The notes under the pieces are model-generated. The model was not told the origin of the DNA. It did not search any database and saw nothing but the letters and a program-made list of their open reading frames with translations. 64,000 nt of DNA. Source: Thermoanaerobaculia bacterium. GTDB taxonomy: Bacteria; Acidobacteriota; Thermoanaerobaculia; Multivoradales; JAHEKO01. Positions 27,836 to 37,053 of the stretch are shown here, in pieces. Where the stretch lies: NCBI GenBank assembly GCA_963781065.1, contig CAWAET010000004.1, positions 139,093-203,092 of the forward strand, written 5' to 3'. Every line of letters begins with the position of its first letter. The first letter of the stretch is position 1. The position numbers were made by a program, and so were the translations under genes.

Positions 27836-27990
27836 GAGGGGTGGGATGGGGTCTCCTCCGGACGGCTCGTTTCGGTCGGACTTTTGGGGGTGGCTCTCGC
27901 CTCTGCGTTCCTCGCTGCCGCCGGCGGTGGACTACGAGCATCCCTGCCCGCGCTCGTCACGATGCCGTCGGAGACCCCATCCCACCCCTC
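27836..27990. repeat. 155-bp hairpin / MITE-like element with 21-bp perfect terminal inverted repeats (element E3)
   Basis: GAGGGGTGGGATGGGGTCTCC (27836-27856) is the exact reverse complement of GGAGACCCCATCCCACCCCTC (27970-27990). The arms resemble those of E1 and E2. Confidence 0.8.
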
Positions 27991-28073
27991 TGACGCCGGC
28001 CTCCGTTAGTGGTAGCTGGCTGTCCCCGAGGCTGATCGTCGCAGGGTGGCCCCAGCCCGGCGCTGTGCACCGA

Positions 28074-28548
28074 CCGGAGAGCGTAGCCGGAGTGGGACGT
28101 GCCCGACGGCCGGGCTTCGCCTCCAGACCACCCCGTCGCTGCGCTCGCAGCCAAGGCTCCGCTCTCGGGGTGGTCGTTCCGGCTACGCCCTACGACCGTG
28201 CCAAGTACCGACCGTTCCAGAGCGCGACACCGCAGGGCGCAGCCGGAGTGGGCGCCCCGCGAGGAGCGAAGCATAAACATGCAATAGCGAAGCGACCGCG
28301 GGGCGACCCGGAGGCGAAGCCCGGCCCACTTGCACGACCGGAGGGCGTAGCCGGAGTGGACGCCCCCGGGGAGCGAAGCCTTGGCTGCGAGCGCAGCGAC
28401 CGGGGAGCGGCCACGCAGGCGGAGCCCGGCCCGTGGGCACGACCGGAGGGCGTAGCCTGAGTGGGCATCCCCCGAGGAGCAAAGCATTGGCTGCGAGCGC
28501 AGCGACCGTGGGGCGGGGGGGGGGCGACCCGCAGGCGAAGCCCGGCCC
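28074..28548. repeat. repeat array: 5' fragment, one inverted unit (28108-28194), then three direct units (starts 28233, 28338, 28443; period 105 nt)
   Basis: A 77-nt run (28253-28329) is identical to 17952-18028. The inverted unit is the reverse complement of the CTTGGCTGCGAGCGCAGC-core type. Confidence 0.85.
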
Positions 28549-28596
28549 AGTGCACGGACCTGGGGAACAGTCGGAGGAGACCCCAGCCTCGCCGGT

Positions 28597-29973
28597 TCAA
28601 AAGAGCCGCGCGAGGCTCCGGCGCAGGTGCTCCTGGCCGCGGTCGGTGAAGCGGGCCAGCTCGGCGAGCATCGGGTCGGCGCCCGGGCCCTCCTCGAGCA
28701 CCACCACGAAGGGCTCCACCTCGCGGTGCGCCGGGATCGTCGACAGCTTCCAGTAGAGCAGCCCGGCCAGCATCTCGCCGCCCATCTCCTCGTGCACCCG
28801 GTAGAGCGCCGCGATCGCCGCCGCCCGCTCGCCGGTGTCGACCGGCTCGGTGCGCCAGTCGAACAGCCGCTCGCCGGCGCCCGAGCGCAGCACCGCCACC
28901 CCCTCGCCGGCCCACGGCCGCAGCGTGGTGTTGGCGCGGGCGACGTAGCCGATCTCGGTGAACAGGATCTGCCGGTCCCCGAGGCCGCGGGCGCGGCGGA
29001 AGCCGTCGATGCCGCTCAGCACCCGCCGCCAGCCGGCCTCGAGCTGGCCCGCGAGGTCGGCGGCGGCGAGCCCCGGCACCTCCCAGCCCCGCAGCGGAAA
29101 GTAGGCGTTGATGCCGATCAGGTCGAGCTCGTCCCAGAACGCCACCGCGTCGTACTGGTCGAAGTTGGCGGCGTAGGTCAGCCGGCCGGCGTAGTGGCGG
29201 CGGGCGGTGGCGATGACCCGGCGCCAGTGCTCGTCGAGCAGCTGGCGGCGCCGGTTGATCCGGACCACCGGATCGGTCTCGTCGAGCGCCGCCGTCCGCC
29301 GCGCCCACTCGCCGTGGGCCGACGCCTCGGCCGCGAGGTAGCTCTCGAGCGACTCGTACCCCGGGTGCCGGTCCGCCGCCGTGGGGCCGTTGCCGCCGGC
29401 CGCGTGCTCGAGCAGCCGGTCGTGCTCCCGGTCGACCTTCTCCTGGTTTGTCCAGTACTCCTCGAGCGCCGGCAGCTCATCCACCGGCAGCGTGTTGGTC
29501 AGCGAGTTGAGCTCGCTGGCCACCGCCAGCACCTCCACGCCCTCGGCCTCGGCGATCGCCGCCCAGTGGGCGGTGAACCGCCGGTAGCGCCAGAACCAGT
29601 CGGCCAGCTCGGCATCGGTGCGCGGCTGGATCATGCCGTGCCAGAAGAACTCGTTGCGGCTGAAGGCGTGGTCCAGCGCCACCCGCAGGACCAGCACCAC
29701 CTTCAGCCCCGACGCCTTGGCGGTGCGGATCTCGGCCACCACCCACGGCTCCTCCTCCTCGTACCAGAGGTTGGAGGAGTCCCAGTCGCCCTGCTTGGCG
29801 TAGACCGTCACCGCGACGGTGTTCATCTCGGCCTCTTCGAGCGCCCGCACCCAGGCCTCGTGGTCGGGCTCGTTGACCTGGATGCCGCCGAGCAGGAAGT
29901 CGGGCTCGAGCGAGTTGGCCAGGACGAAGAACGGCAGGGCCAGCAGGACCAGCATGAGGGCGACGAGGCGCAT
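28597..29973 (-). CDS. secreted TIM-barrel glycoside hydrolase-like protein (clan GH-A-like)
   Basis: 458 aa with signal peptide MRLVALMLVLLALPFFVLA. Candidate catalytic Glu contexts VASELN and LFTEIGY. Family not assignable by eye. Confidence 0.65.
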   Translation of the reverse strand: MRLVALMLVLLALPFFVLANSLEPDFLLGGIQVNEPDHEAWVRALEEAEMNTVAVTVYAKQGDWDSSNLWYEEEEPWVVAEIRTAKASGLKVVLVLRVALDHAFSRNEFFWHGMIQPRTDAELADWFWRYRRFTAHWAAIAEAEGVEVLAVASELNSLTNTLPVDELPALEEYWTNQEKVDREHDRLLEHAAGGNGPTAADRHPGYESLESYLAAEASAHGEWARRTAALDETDPVVRINRRRQLLDEHWRRVIATARRHYAGRLTYAANFDQYDAVAFWDELDLIGINAYFPLRGWEVPGLAAADLAGQLEAGWRRVLSGIDGFRRARGLGDRQILFTEIGYVARANTTLRPWAGEGVAVLRSGAGERLFDWRTEPVDTGERAAAIAALYRVHEEMGGEMLAGLLYWKLSTIPAHREVEPFVVVLEEGPGADPMLAELARFTDRGQEHLRRSLARLF

Positions 29974-30186
29974 CGTTCCAAGGGGCAGCTACGGCTGCCG
30001 GCCGGGAACCGTTTCATCCGCGGCGCGACACTCCGGCGGCTCGCCGACGGGCGCCCCGGGTAGGATCGTGGTCCCGAGCCGCTTCACCCCACCGAGCATA
30101 GCCTGCCGCGGCGGCAAGGGAACCCGCGGGGCCAGGCGGCGTATATGGAAAGGGCGCCGTCCGCGCGCCGCCCCGCCGACAGCGTC

Positions 30187-32340
30187 ATGAAGATCCGCAC
30201 CCAGCTCGTCCTCGCCCTGTTCCTGCTGGCGGTGGTGCCGCTGGCCGGCATCGTGCTCTACAGCTATGTCTCCTCGCGGCAGGCGGTGCGCGAGGCGGTC
30301 GAGCAGGACGCCGCCGAGCTGACGCGCGAGATGGAGGAACGGGTGGCCGAGATCGGCTCCGACCTCAACCGCCGGTTCGAGAGGGTCGGCGCGATGCCGG
30401 TCTGGCGCAGTCTCACCGAGGCGCCCGACGAGCGCGACAGCGCCGTGGGCATGGTGCTCTCCGAGCTCGGCGAGGTGGCGCCGCTGCTGCGCTCGCTGGA
30501 GTTCGTGCCGGCCGAGGCGCCGCCGGTGATGCCGGCACCACCCGGGCCGTCGCCGGACGCCGGGCCCGCCGCGCCGCCGGGGGTCGGCCCCGCCCCGCCG
30601 CCGCCAGCCGCTCCGCCACCCGGGCCGCGCCCCGCCAGGGCCTGGGTGATCGACTTCTCCGAGGCGATGAAGAGCCTCGAGGCCGAGATGGACGCCGAGC
30701 TGCCGGACGGCCTGCGCCAGCGCATCCTCTCCGGCCTGAGGATCGGCGCCGACGAGGCGCGCCGGTTCTCGCTCGAGATGGCGGCCAAGGACTTCGAGCT
30801 CGACGCCGAGGACCTCGAGAAGAAGATCGAAGCGATGGCGCTCGGCGTCGAAGAGGACGAGCAGATGCGGGCGCTGCGCCGGCTCCAGGAGCTCCAGCTG
30901 CAGAGCCGCGCCCTGGCCTCGCACCGCGAGTACCTGCGCCACCGCGAGCGCGAGGGCATCGCGGGGCAGATCGAAGTGCCGGTCGAGGTGGAGGTGCCGA
31001 TCCGCGAGGGCGGCGAAGTGGTCGGCAGCCTTCGCGCCCAGATCAGTCCGGGCGAGATCCTCCACCGGGTGCTCAGCCGCACCCGCCGCGATCAAGGCGA
31101 AATTCCTTTCGCCATCGACCAGGGGGGCAACCTGGTGACGCTGGGAGATGACGATCGGCAACAGCTCGAGGCGCTGCCCGTGGGCGACATCGCCGGCGGC
31201 AAGCCGGCCCCGGCCGACATCATGAGCAACTGGGTCCTGGTCACCCGGTTGGAGCCCACCAGCGGCCTGACCTTCGGGATCGCGCGGCCGATCCGCGAGT
31301 CCCTGGAGCGGATCAAGCGCGCCTCGGCGCGCAACCTCGGCTACGGCATGGCCCTGATCGGTCTCGCCCTGATCGGCATCCTGCCGCTGTCGCGGCGGAT
31401 GACCCGCGGCCTGCAGTCGGTCACCGAGAGCGCCGAGCGGGTGGCCCGGGGCGACCTCAAGACACGCGTGCCGGTCACCGGCAGGGGCGAGATCGGCCAG
31501 CTGGCCAACGCCTTCAACCGGATGGCCCACGACCTCGAGCGCAACCAGGAGAAGCTGGTGGAGGAGGTGCGGCTGCGGCACGACCAGGAGGTGCGCCAGG
31601 AGCTGCTCGAGGTCGAGTACCGGCGCAAGACCGCCGAGCTGGAGGAGGCGCGCCGATTCCAGCTGTCGCTGCTGCCGCGCGAGCTGCCCGAGCACCCGGC
31701 CTACGAGGTGGCGGTGGCGATGCGCACCGCCACCGAGGTCGGCGGCGACTACTACGACTTCCGCATCACCCCCCGCGGCGCCCTGGTGGCGGCGGTGGGC
31801 GACGCCACCGGCCACGGCGCCACCGCCGGCACCATGGTGACCGTGGTCAAAAGCCTCTTCTCCGCCCACCCGCCCGAGAGCGAGCTGGGCGCCTTTCTCG
31901 ACGAAGCCAACCTGACGGTGCGCAAGATGGAGCTCGGGCGGATGGCCATGGCCCTCTGCCTGGCCCGCTTCGGGGACGGCCGCATGACCTTCTCCTCGGC
32001 CGGGATGCCGCCCGCCCTGGTGCGCCGCGCGGGCGACGGCCGGGTCGAGGAGCTGACCTCGCCCGGCATGCCGCTCGGCGGGCTGGCCGACGGCTACCCC
32101 GAGCTCGAGATCGAGCTCGCCCCGGGCGACCTCGTCGTCCTGATGTCCGACGGCCTGCCCGAGCTGCCCGACGCCGCCGGCGAGCCGCTGGGCTACGAGC
32201 GGGTCGGCCGGGTGGTTGCCGAGGCTCCGGAAGGCGAGCCGCAGGAGATGATCGACGCCCTGATGCGGGCGGCCGAGAAGTGGGCCGGCAAGGGGGCGCC
32301 GAACGACGACATCACCTTCGTGGTGCTGAGGGTGCGGTAG
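30187..32340 (+). CDS. membrane sensor HAMP domain - PP2C/SpoIIE-type serine phosphatase (RsbU-like)
   Basis: From ATG 30187: TM helix, Pro-rich extracytoplasmic segment, second TM helix, HAMP (GEIGQLANAFNRMAHDL), PP2C motifs GGDYYDF, GDATGHG, MSDGLPE, NDDITFVVL. Confidence 0.85.
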   Translation: MKIRTQLVLALFLLAVVPLAGIVLYSYVSSRQAVREAVEQDAAELTREMEERVAEIGSDLNRRFERVGAMPVWRSLTEAPDERDSAVGMVLSELGEVAPLLRSLEFVPAEAPPVMPAPPGPSPDAGPAAPPGVGPAPPPPAAPPPGPRPARAWVIDFSEAMKSLEAEMDAELPDGLRQRILSGLRIGADEARRFSLEMAAKDFELDAEDLEKKIEAMALGVEEDEQMRALRRLQELQLQSRALASHREYLRHREREGIAGQIEVPVEVEVPIREGGEVVGSLRAQISPGEILHRVLSRTRRDQGEIPFAIDQGGNLVTLGDDDRQQLEALPVGDIAGGKPAPADIMSNWVLVTRLEPTSGLTFGIARPIRESLERIKRASARNLGYGMALIGLALIGILPLSRRMTRGLQSVTESAERVARGDLKTRVPVTGRGEIGQLANAFNRMAHDLERNQEKLVEEVRLRHDQEVRQELLEVEYRRKTAELEEARRFQLSLLPRELPEHPAYEVAVAMRTATEVGGDYYDFRITPRGALVAAVGDATGHGATAGTMVTVVKSLFSAHPPESELGAFLDEANLTVRKMELGRMAMALCLARFGDGRMTFSSAGMPPALVRRAGDGRVEELTSPGMPLGGLADGYPELEIELAPGDLVVLMSDGLPELPDAAGEPLGYERVGRVVAEAPEGEPQEMIDALMRAAEKWAGKGAPNDDITFVVLRVR

Positions 32341-32352
32341 CCGGGCCCCGGA

Positions 32353-32380
32353 GCGGCGGGCCCGGCGGCGGGCCCGCCGC
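32353..32380 (+). terminator. GC hairpin after the phosphatase gene
   Basis: gcggcgggc-(10 nt)-gcccgccgc forms a 9-bp perfect stem 13 nt after the stop. There is no U-tract. Confidence 0.3.
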
Positions 32381-32432
32381 CCGACCCGCCCGATCGACCG
32401 GAGACAGCCGGGCTCAGAATCAGGGCCGTGGA

Positions 32433-32450
32433 ACGTATGCTAGCGTACGT
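32433..32450. promoter_or_regulatory. imperfect 18-bp palindrome, candidate operator of the RHH antitoxin
   Basis: ACGTATGCTAGCGTACGT (2 mismatches to perfect dyad symmetry around GCTAGC) ends 3 nt before the antitoxin ATG. Confidence 0.45.
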
Positions 32451-32453
32451 CAT

Positions 32454-32735
32454 ATGAAGCGCACGACGATCTTCATCGAGGAGCCGATGGAACGGGACCT
32501 CACCGCGCTGGCGGAGCAGGAGGGGCGCCCCAAGGCCGCTCTGGTGCGCGAGGCGCTCGGCGAGTATCTAGCTCGCCAGCAGCGGGGCGGGCGCCGGCTG
32601 GGCTTCGCCGCAATCGGCGGCAGCGGCCGCGGCGACACGGCGGAGCGCCACGAAGAGCTTCTCTGGCAGGAGGAAGAGGGAGCGGCGGCAAGGCCCGCCA
32701 TCCCCCCCACCGGCTACCTGCCGAGGAAGCGCTGA
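32454..32735 (+). CDS. vapB: ribbon-helix-helix (CopG/VapB-type) antitoxin
   Basis: From ATG 32454: MKRTTIFIEEPMERDLTALAEQEGRPKAALVREALGEYL is a typical RHH N-terminus. The stop overlaps the vapC ATG (ATGA). Confidence 0.8.
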   Translation: MKRTTIFIEEPMERDLTALAEQEGRPKAALVREALGEYLARQQRGGRRLGFAAIGGSGRGDTAERHEELLWQEEEGAAARPAIPPTGYLPRKR

Positions 32736-33142
32736 TGCCGCTTTTGGTCGACACCGGTCCGCTCTACGCCCTGGCGGACGTCGACGACGACTGGCACGTG
32801 CGGGCGGCCGAGCTCCTGCTGCGGACGCGCGAGACCCTGCTCGTGCCGGTGACCGTGCTCGCGGAAGTGACCCACCTGCTCAACCTTCGCCTGGGCGCGG
32901 CTGCCGAAGGGCGCTTCGTCGCCTCGCTGGCGGCCGGCGAGCTGACGATCGAGCCGCTCTTCCGGGCCGACCTCGAGCGCGCGGCCGAGCTCCTCGCGGC
33001 CTACCCCGACCTCGGGTTCATCGACTGCACCGTCGTGGCGATGGCCGAGCGGCTGCGGCTGCGGTCGCTCGTCACCACCGATCGGCGCCACTTCTCGGCG
33101 GTGCGGCCGCGGCATGTCGAGGGGTTCGAGCTGTTGCCGTAG
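32735..33142 (+). CDS. vapC: PIN-domain ribonuclease toxin
   Basis: 135 aa: MPLLVDTGPLYAL (Asp6), ...VTVLAEV..., ...GFIDCTVVAMAE..., ...VTTDRRHF. This is the acidic tetrad pattern of VapC. Confidence 0.85.
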   Translation: MPLLVDTGPLYALADVDDDWHVRAAELLLRTRETLLVPVTVLAEVTHLLNLRLGAAAEGRFVASLAAGELTIEPLFRADLERAAELLAAYPDLGFIDCTVVAMAERLRLRSLVTTDRRHFSAVRPRHVEGFELLP

Positions 33143-33265
33143 GCGCGGCTCGCTCTTCAATCCCTGACGCTGCTCGATCGCCGAGCCCACCCCGCCCGCG
33201 ATCCGTCGGTCACCGATGCGCGTGGTAGAAAACGCAGGCGCCATCCTCGGCGCCTGGAGGTGAAG

Positions 33266-34984
33266 ATGACGACACCCGAACGGCGCGGCGGCCTCGATCG
33301 CCGCCGCTTCCTGGCCTTCTTCGCCGCCCTCGGGCTGGCCGGCACCTCGCTGCCACGGCGGCTGTGGGCCGCCGCCGGCCAGGGGCCGATCACCAAGAAG
33401 GTGCTGGCCCGGGCCGAGCAGGTGGCCGGCCTCGAGTTCACCGACGAGGAACGCCAGCTGATGCTCGACGGCCTCAACGAGCTGCGCGAGGACTATGCCG
33501 CCCTGAGGGAGGTGGGTCTCGACAACTCGGTGCCGCCGGCCTTCCGCTTCGATCCCCATCTCGGGCCACCACCCGCCGGACCGGGCCGTGGGGCGCGCCC
33601 CTGGCTGCCGCCCACCGAGCGGCCGGCCGGCGACGACGACCTGGCGTTCCTGCCGGTGACCCGCCTGGCGGCGCTTCTGGCGGGCGGCGAGGTGAGCTCG
33701 GTCGAGCTCACCCGCCTCTACCTCGAGCGCATCGGCCGGCTCGACCCGCTGCTCGAGGCGGTGGTCACCCGCACCGAAGAGCGCGCCCTCGAGGCGGCCG
33801 ACCGGGCCGACCGCGAGCTCGCCGCCGGCCGCCGCCGTGGCGCCCTGCACGGCATCCCCTGGGGCGCCAAGGACCTGCTGGCGGTCGCCGGCTACCCGAC
33901 CACCTGGGGGGCGACGCCGTTCAAGGACCAGCGGCTGGCCGAGGACGCCACCGTGGTGCGGCGGCTGGACGCGGCCGGCGCCGTGCTGGTGGCCAAGCTG
34001 ACCCTGGGCGCCCTGGCCTGGGGCGACGTCTGGTTCGGCGGCACGACCAAGAACCCCTGGAACCTGGAGCAGGGATCGAGCGGCTCATCCGCCGGCCCCG
34101 CCGCCGCCACCGCCGCCGGGCTGGTGGGCTTCGCCATCGGCAGCGAGACCTGGGGCTCGATCGTCTCGCCCTCGACCCGCTGCGGCGTCACCGGTCTCAG
34201 GCCCACTTTCGGCGCGGTCAGCCGCCACGGCGCCATGGCGCTCTCCTGGACGATGGACAAGCTGGGCCCGATGTGCCGCTCGGTCGAGGACTGCGCCCTG
34301 GTCTACGACGCCATCCGCGGCCCCGACGGCGCCGACACCACCGTGGTCGAAGGCCCGTTCGACTGGCGGCCCGAGCGCGACCCCACCGAGCTGCGCCTGG
34401 GCTACCTGGCGCAGGAGTTCGAGAAGGAGCCGGAGGAGGACCAGGCCGAGTGGCACGCCCTCAACCTAGAGACCCTCGAGACCCTCGAACGGCTCGGCTT
34501 CGAGCTGGTGCCGATCGAGCTGCCCAAGCTGCCGGTGAGCGCGCTGTCGTTCATCCTCACGGCCGAGGCCGGAGCGGCCTTCGACGAGCTGACCCGCGAC
34601 GGCCGCGACGACGAGCTGGTGCGCCAGATCGAGAACGCCTGGCCCAATGTCTTCCGCCAGTCGCGGATGATCCCGGCGGTCGAGTACATCCGGGCCAACC
34701 GGGTGCGCACCCTGGTGATGCGCGAGATGGAGGCGCTGATGCGGCAGGTCGACGTCTACCTGACGCCCACCTTCGGCGGCGGCAACCTGCTGCTGACCAA
34801 CCTCACCGGCCACCCGCAGGTGGTGTTGCCCAACGGCTTCCGCGCCGACGGCACGCCAACCTCGACCACCTTCACCGGCCGGCTGTTCGGCGAGGCGGAG
34901 GTGCTGGCGGTGGCCAAGGCGTACCAGGACGCGACCGACTTCCACCTGCGGCGGCCGCGGCTGGAGCCGCTCGCGGCAGGCTAG
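33266..34984 (+). CDS. Tat-exported amidase-signature family amidase
   Basis: GGAGG lies 5 nt before ATG 33266; the track starts at GTG 33260. Twin-arginine signal GLDRRRFLAFFAALGLAG. Amidase signature GSSGSSAGPAAATAAG...GSETWGSIVSPS. Confidence 0.85.
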   Translation: MTTPERRGGLDRRRFLAFFAALGLAGTSLPRRLWAAAGQGPITKKVLARAEQVAGLEFTDEERQLMLDGLNELREDYAALREVGLDNSVPPAFRFDPHLGPPPAGPGRGARPWLPPTERPAGDDDLAFLPVTRLAALLAGGEVSSVELTRLYLERIGRLDPLLEAVVTRTEERALEAADRADRELAAGRRRGALHGIPWGAKDLLAVAGYPTTWGATPFKDQRLAEDATVVRRLDAAGAVLVAKLTLGALAWGDVWFGGTTKNPWNLEQGSSGSSAGPAAATAAGLVGFAIGSETWGSIVSPSTRCGVTGLRPTFGAVSRHGAMALSWTMDKLGPMCRSVEDCALVYDAIRGPDGADTTVVEGPFDWRPERDPTELRLGYLAQEFEKEPEEDQAEWHALNLETLETLERLGFELVPIELPKLPVSALSFILTAEAGAAFDELTRDGRDDELVRQIENAWPNVFRQSRMIPAVEYIRANRVRTLVMREMEALMRQVDVYLTPTFGGGNLLLTNLTGHPQVVLPNGFRADGTPTSTTFTGRLFGEAEVLAVAKAYQDATDFHLRRPRLEPLAAG

Positions 34985-35023
34985 AGACGCCGGGACCGGA
35001 CGCTCTGCCGGTACAATCCGCGG

Positions 35024-36190
35024 GTGTCGGATCGGCGAGGCTCTCTCGGCCTCAACCTCCTCCTCCTAGCGCTGTCGCTGGTCTTCACCGCCCTGGTCGC
35101 GGAGGGTGGGCTGCGTCTGCTGGCCCACTTCCGCAACCAGGGGCTGCTGGCGACCGCCCTCGCTTCGCCGGTGGAGGTCCCCGATAGCGGCCATGCGTAC
35201 CTGGGGCACATGATCCAGCTGTCGCCCAACCCGCGGATCATCTACCAATTCAAGCCCGATCTCGACGTCGTCTTCGTCGACGCCCCGGTGACCATCAACG
35301 CCGCCGGCTTCCGCGGGCCGCTCTACCCGCAGGCCAAGCCGCCAGGGACCCGCCGCATCGTCGGGCTGGGCGACTCGTTCATGTTCGGCCACGGGGTCGG
35401 CGACCGCGAGGTCTACCTGCGGGTGGTCGAAGAGCTGCTCGACCGGTTCGCCGTCGGCACCCGGTTCGAGGCCGTCAACACCGCGGTGCCGGGCTACAAC
35501 ACGGTGATGGAGGTCGAGACCCTGAAGGACAAGGGCCTGGCCTACGAGCCGGACGTGGTGCTGATCCACTTCGTCGGCAACGATCTCGAGCTACCCAACT
35601 TCATCCGTGTCGAGCAGCCGGTGCTGGCCCTCGACCGCTCCTTCCTGGTCGACCTGCTGCGCGGCGCCTTCGCCTCCTCGACCACCGTTCGCGGGCGCCT
35701 GCGCCGCTACGGGCTCGCGTGGTCGCCCCAGGCCGAGGGCACCCGCCGCTTCGTCAACGACCCCGAGGAGGCGCCGTCGCAGTACCGTTCGATGGTCGGT
35801 TGGGACGCCTGGGACGCGGCCATGGAAGAGCTGGCGGACCTCGCCGAGGAGCACAGCTTCCGACCGCTTCTGGTCACTTTCTCGGTGACCTTCGCCCACC
35901 GCCAGCAGCACGTCTTCGAGGTCGCGCAACGGCTCGGGATCGACACCCTCAACGTGGGCGATATCTTCCGCGACTACCTCGAGGAGCGGGGGATCGACGA
36001 CTTTCGCGGCTCGCCGCTGGCCGTCAGCGACGACAACCGGCACCCGTCGGCGCTCGGCCACCGCATCGCCGCCCGGGCGATCTACCGCTGGCTGTGCGAG
36101 GAGCAGTTCGCGGCCGAGCTCTCCACCTGCGAGCTGCCGCCCTGGGAGGCGGCCGGCGAGGACCTGCCGGCGGCGGCGGCCGGGCCGTGA
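35024..36190 (+). CDS. membrane-anchored SGNH/GDSL hydrolase
   Basis: GTG start, TM helix LNLLLLALSLVFTALVA, block I IVGLGDSFMFGHG, and a late DDNRHPS (block V DxxH-like). Confidence 0.75.
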   Translation: MSDRRGSLGLNLLLLALSLVFTALVAEGGLRLLAHFRNQGLLATALASPVEVPDSGHAYLGHMIQLSPNPRIIYQFKPDLDVVFVDAPVTINAAGFRGPLYPQAKPPGTRRIVGLGDSFMFGHGVGDREVYLRVVEELLDRFAVGTRFEAVNTAVPGYNTVMEVETLKDKGLAYEPDVVLIHFVGNDLELPNFIRVEQPVLALDRSFLVDLLRGAFASSTTVRGRLRRYGLAWSPQAEGTRRFVNDPEEAPSQYRSMVGWDAWDAAMEELADLAEEHSFRPLLVTFSVTFAHRQQHVFEVAQRLGIDTLNVGDIFRDYLEERGIDDFRGSPLAVSDDNRHPSALGHRIAARAIYRWLCEEQFAAELSTCELPPWEAAGEDLPAAAAGP

Positions 36191-36254
36191 CGCCGATCCG
36201 GCCGCCGGCACGGCTCCCTCCCTGCCGGGGCTGCGGTAGCGTACAGGCACCGCC

Positions 36255-37043
36255 ATGCCCCGCCGCAACCACCCACGCAGCGACGGCAGCAGCGCGCCGC
36301 GTGCCCGCCGAACGCCCCGGCCCGACCCGACGCCCGCGGAGTTGGGAGAGCTGGAACGGCTCACCGACGCTCTGCCGGCACCGCTGCGCGCCTTTCGCGA
36401 CCGCGGCCTGCTGAGCGCCAAGCGCCGGTTCTGCCTCGAGCAGGCGATTCGCAATCGCACCCGGAGCCTGGTGGTCGTGCTGCACGGCGTGCACGACCCG
36501 CACAACCAGGCGGCGGTGATGCGCACCTGTGAGGCGCTGGGTCTGCAAGAGATCGTGGTGGTGGCCGAGGCCAGCGAGGCGTTCCGGCCCAGCAGCCGAG
36601 TGACCCAGAACGCCTTCCGCTGGCTGGACCTCAGCCACCGGCCGGATTTCTCGAGCGCCGCCGCTGTCTTGCGCGGGCGCGGCCTGCGCCTGCTGGCCGC
36701 CGACGTCGCGGGCCGGCCCCTGGCCGCGGTCGACTTCGCGCCGCCCACGGCTCTGGTCTTCGGCAACGAGTCGCGCGGCCTGCCGGCGGCGGTGGTAGCG
36801 GGCTGCGACGGCAGCTTCTCGATCCCGATGTACGGCCTGTCGCAGTCGCTCAACGTCTCGGTGGCGGCCGGGGTGGCGCTGCACTGGGCGATCGAGGCAC
36901 GGCGGCGGGCCTTCGGCGGATCCGGAGATCTCGACGAGACCGAGCGCGCCGAGCTGCGGCGGCGGTTCTATCTCCAGGCCGCCGGCAACAAGGTGCCTGA
37001 CGAGCTGCGCCGCGAGATCGAGGCGCTTGCCCTCACCCGGTAG
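36255..37043 (+). CDS. trmH: SpoU/TrmH-family RNA 2'-O-methyltransferase
   Basis: HDPHNQAAVMRTCEALG, LVFGNESRGL, IPMYGLSQSLNVSVAAGVAL (SPOUT motifs). Confidence 0.8.
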   Translation: MPRRNHPRSDGSSAPRARRTPRPDPTPAELGELERLTDALPAPLRAFRDRGLLSAKRRFCLEQAIRNRTRSLVVVLHGVHDPHNQAAVMRTCEALGLQEIVVVAEASEAFRPSSRVTQNAFRWLDLSHRPDFSSAAAVLRGRGLRLLAADVAGRPLAAVDFAPPTALVFGNESRGLPAAVVAGCDGSFSIPMYGLSQSLNVSVAAGVALHWAIEARRRAFGGSGDLDETERAELRRRFYLQAAGNKVPDELRREIEALALTR

Positions 37044-37053
37044 ATTGCCCGCC

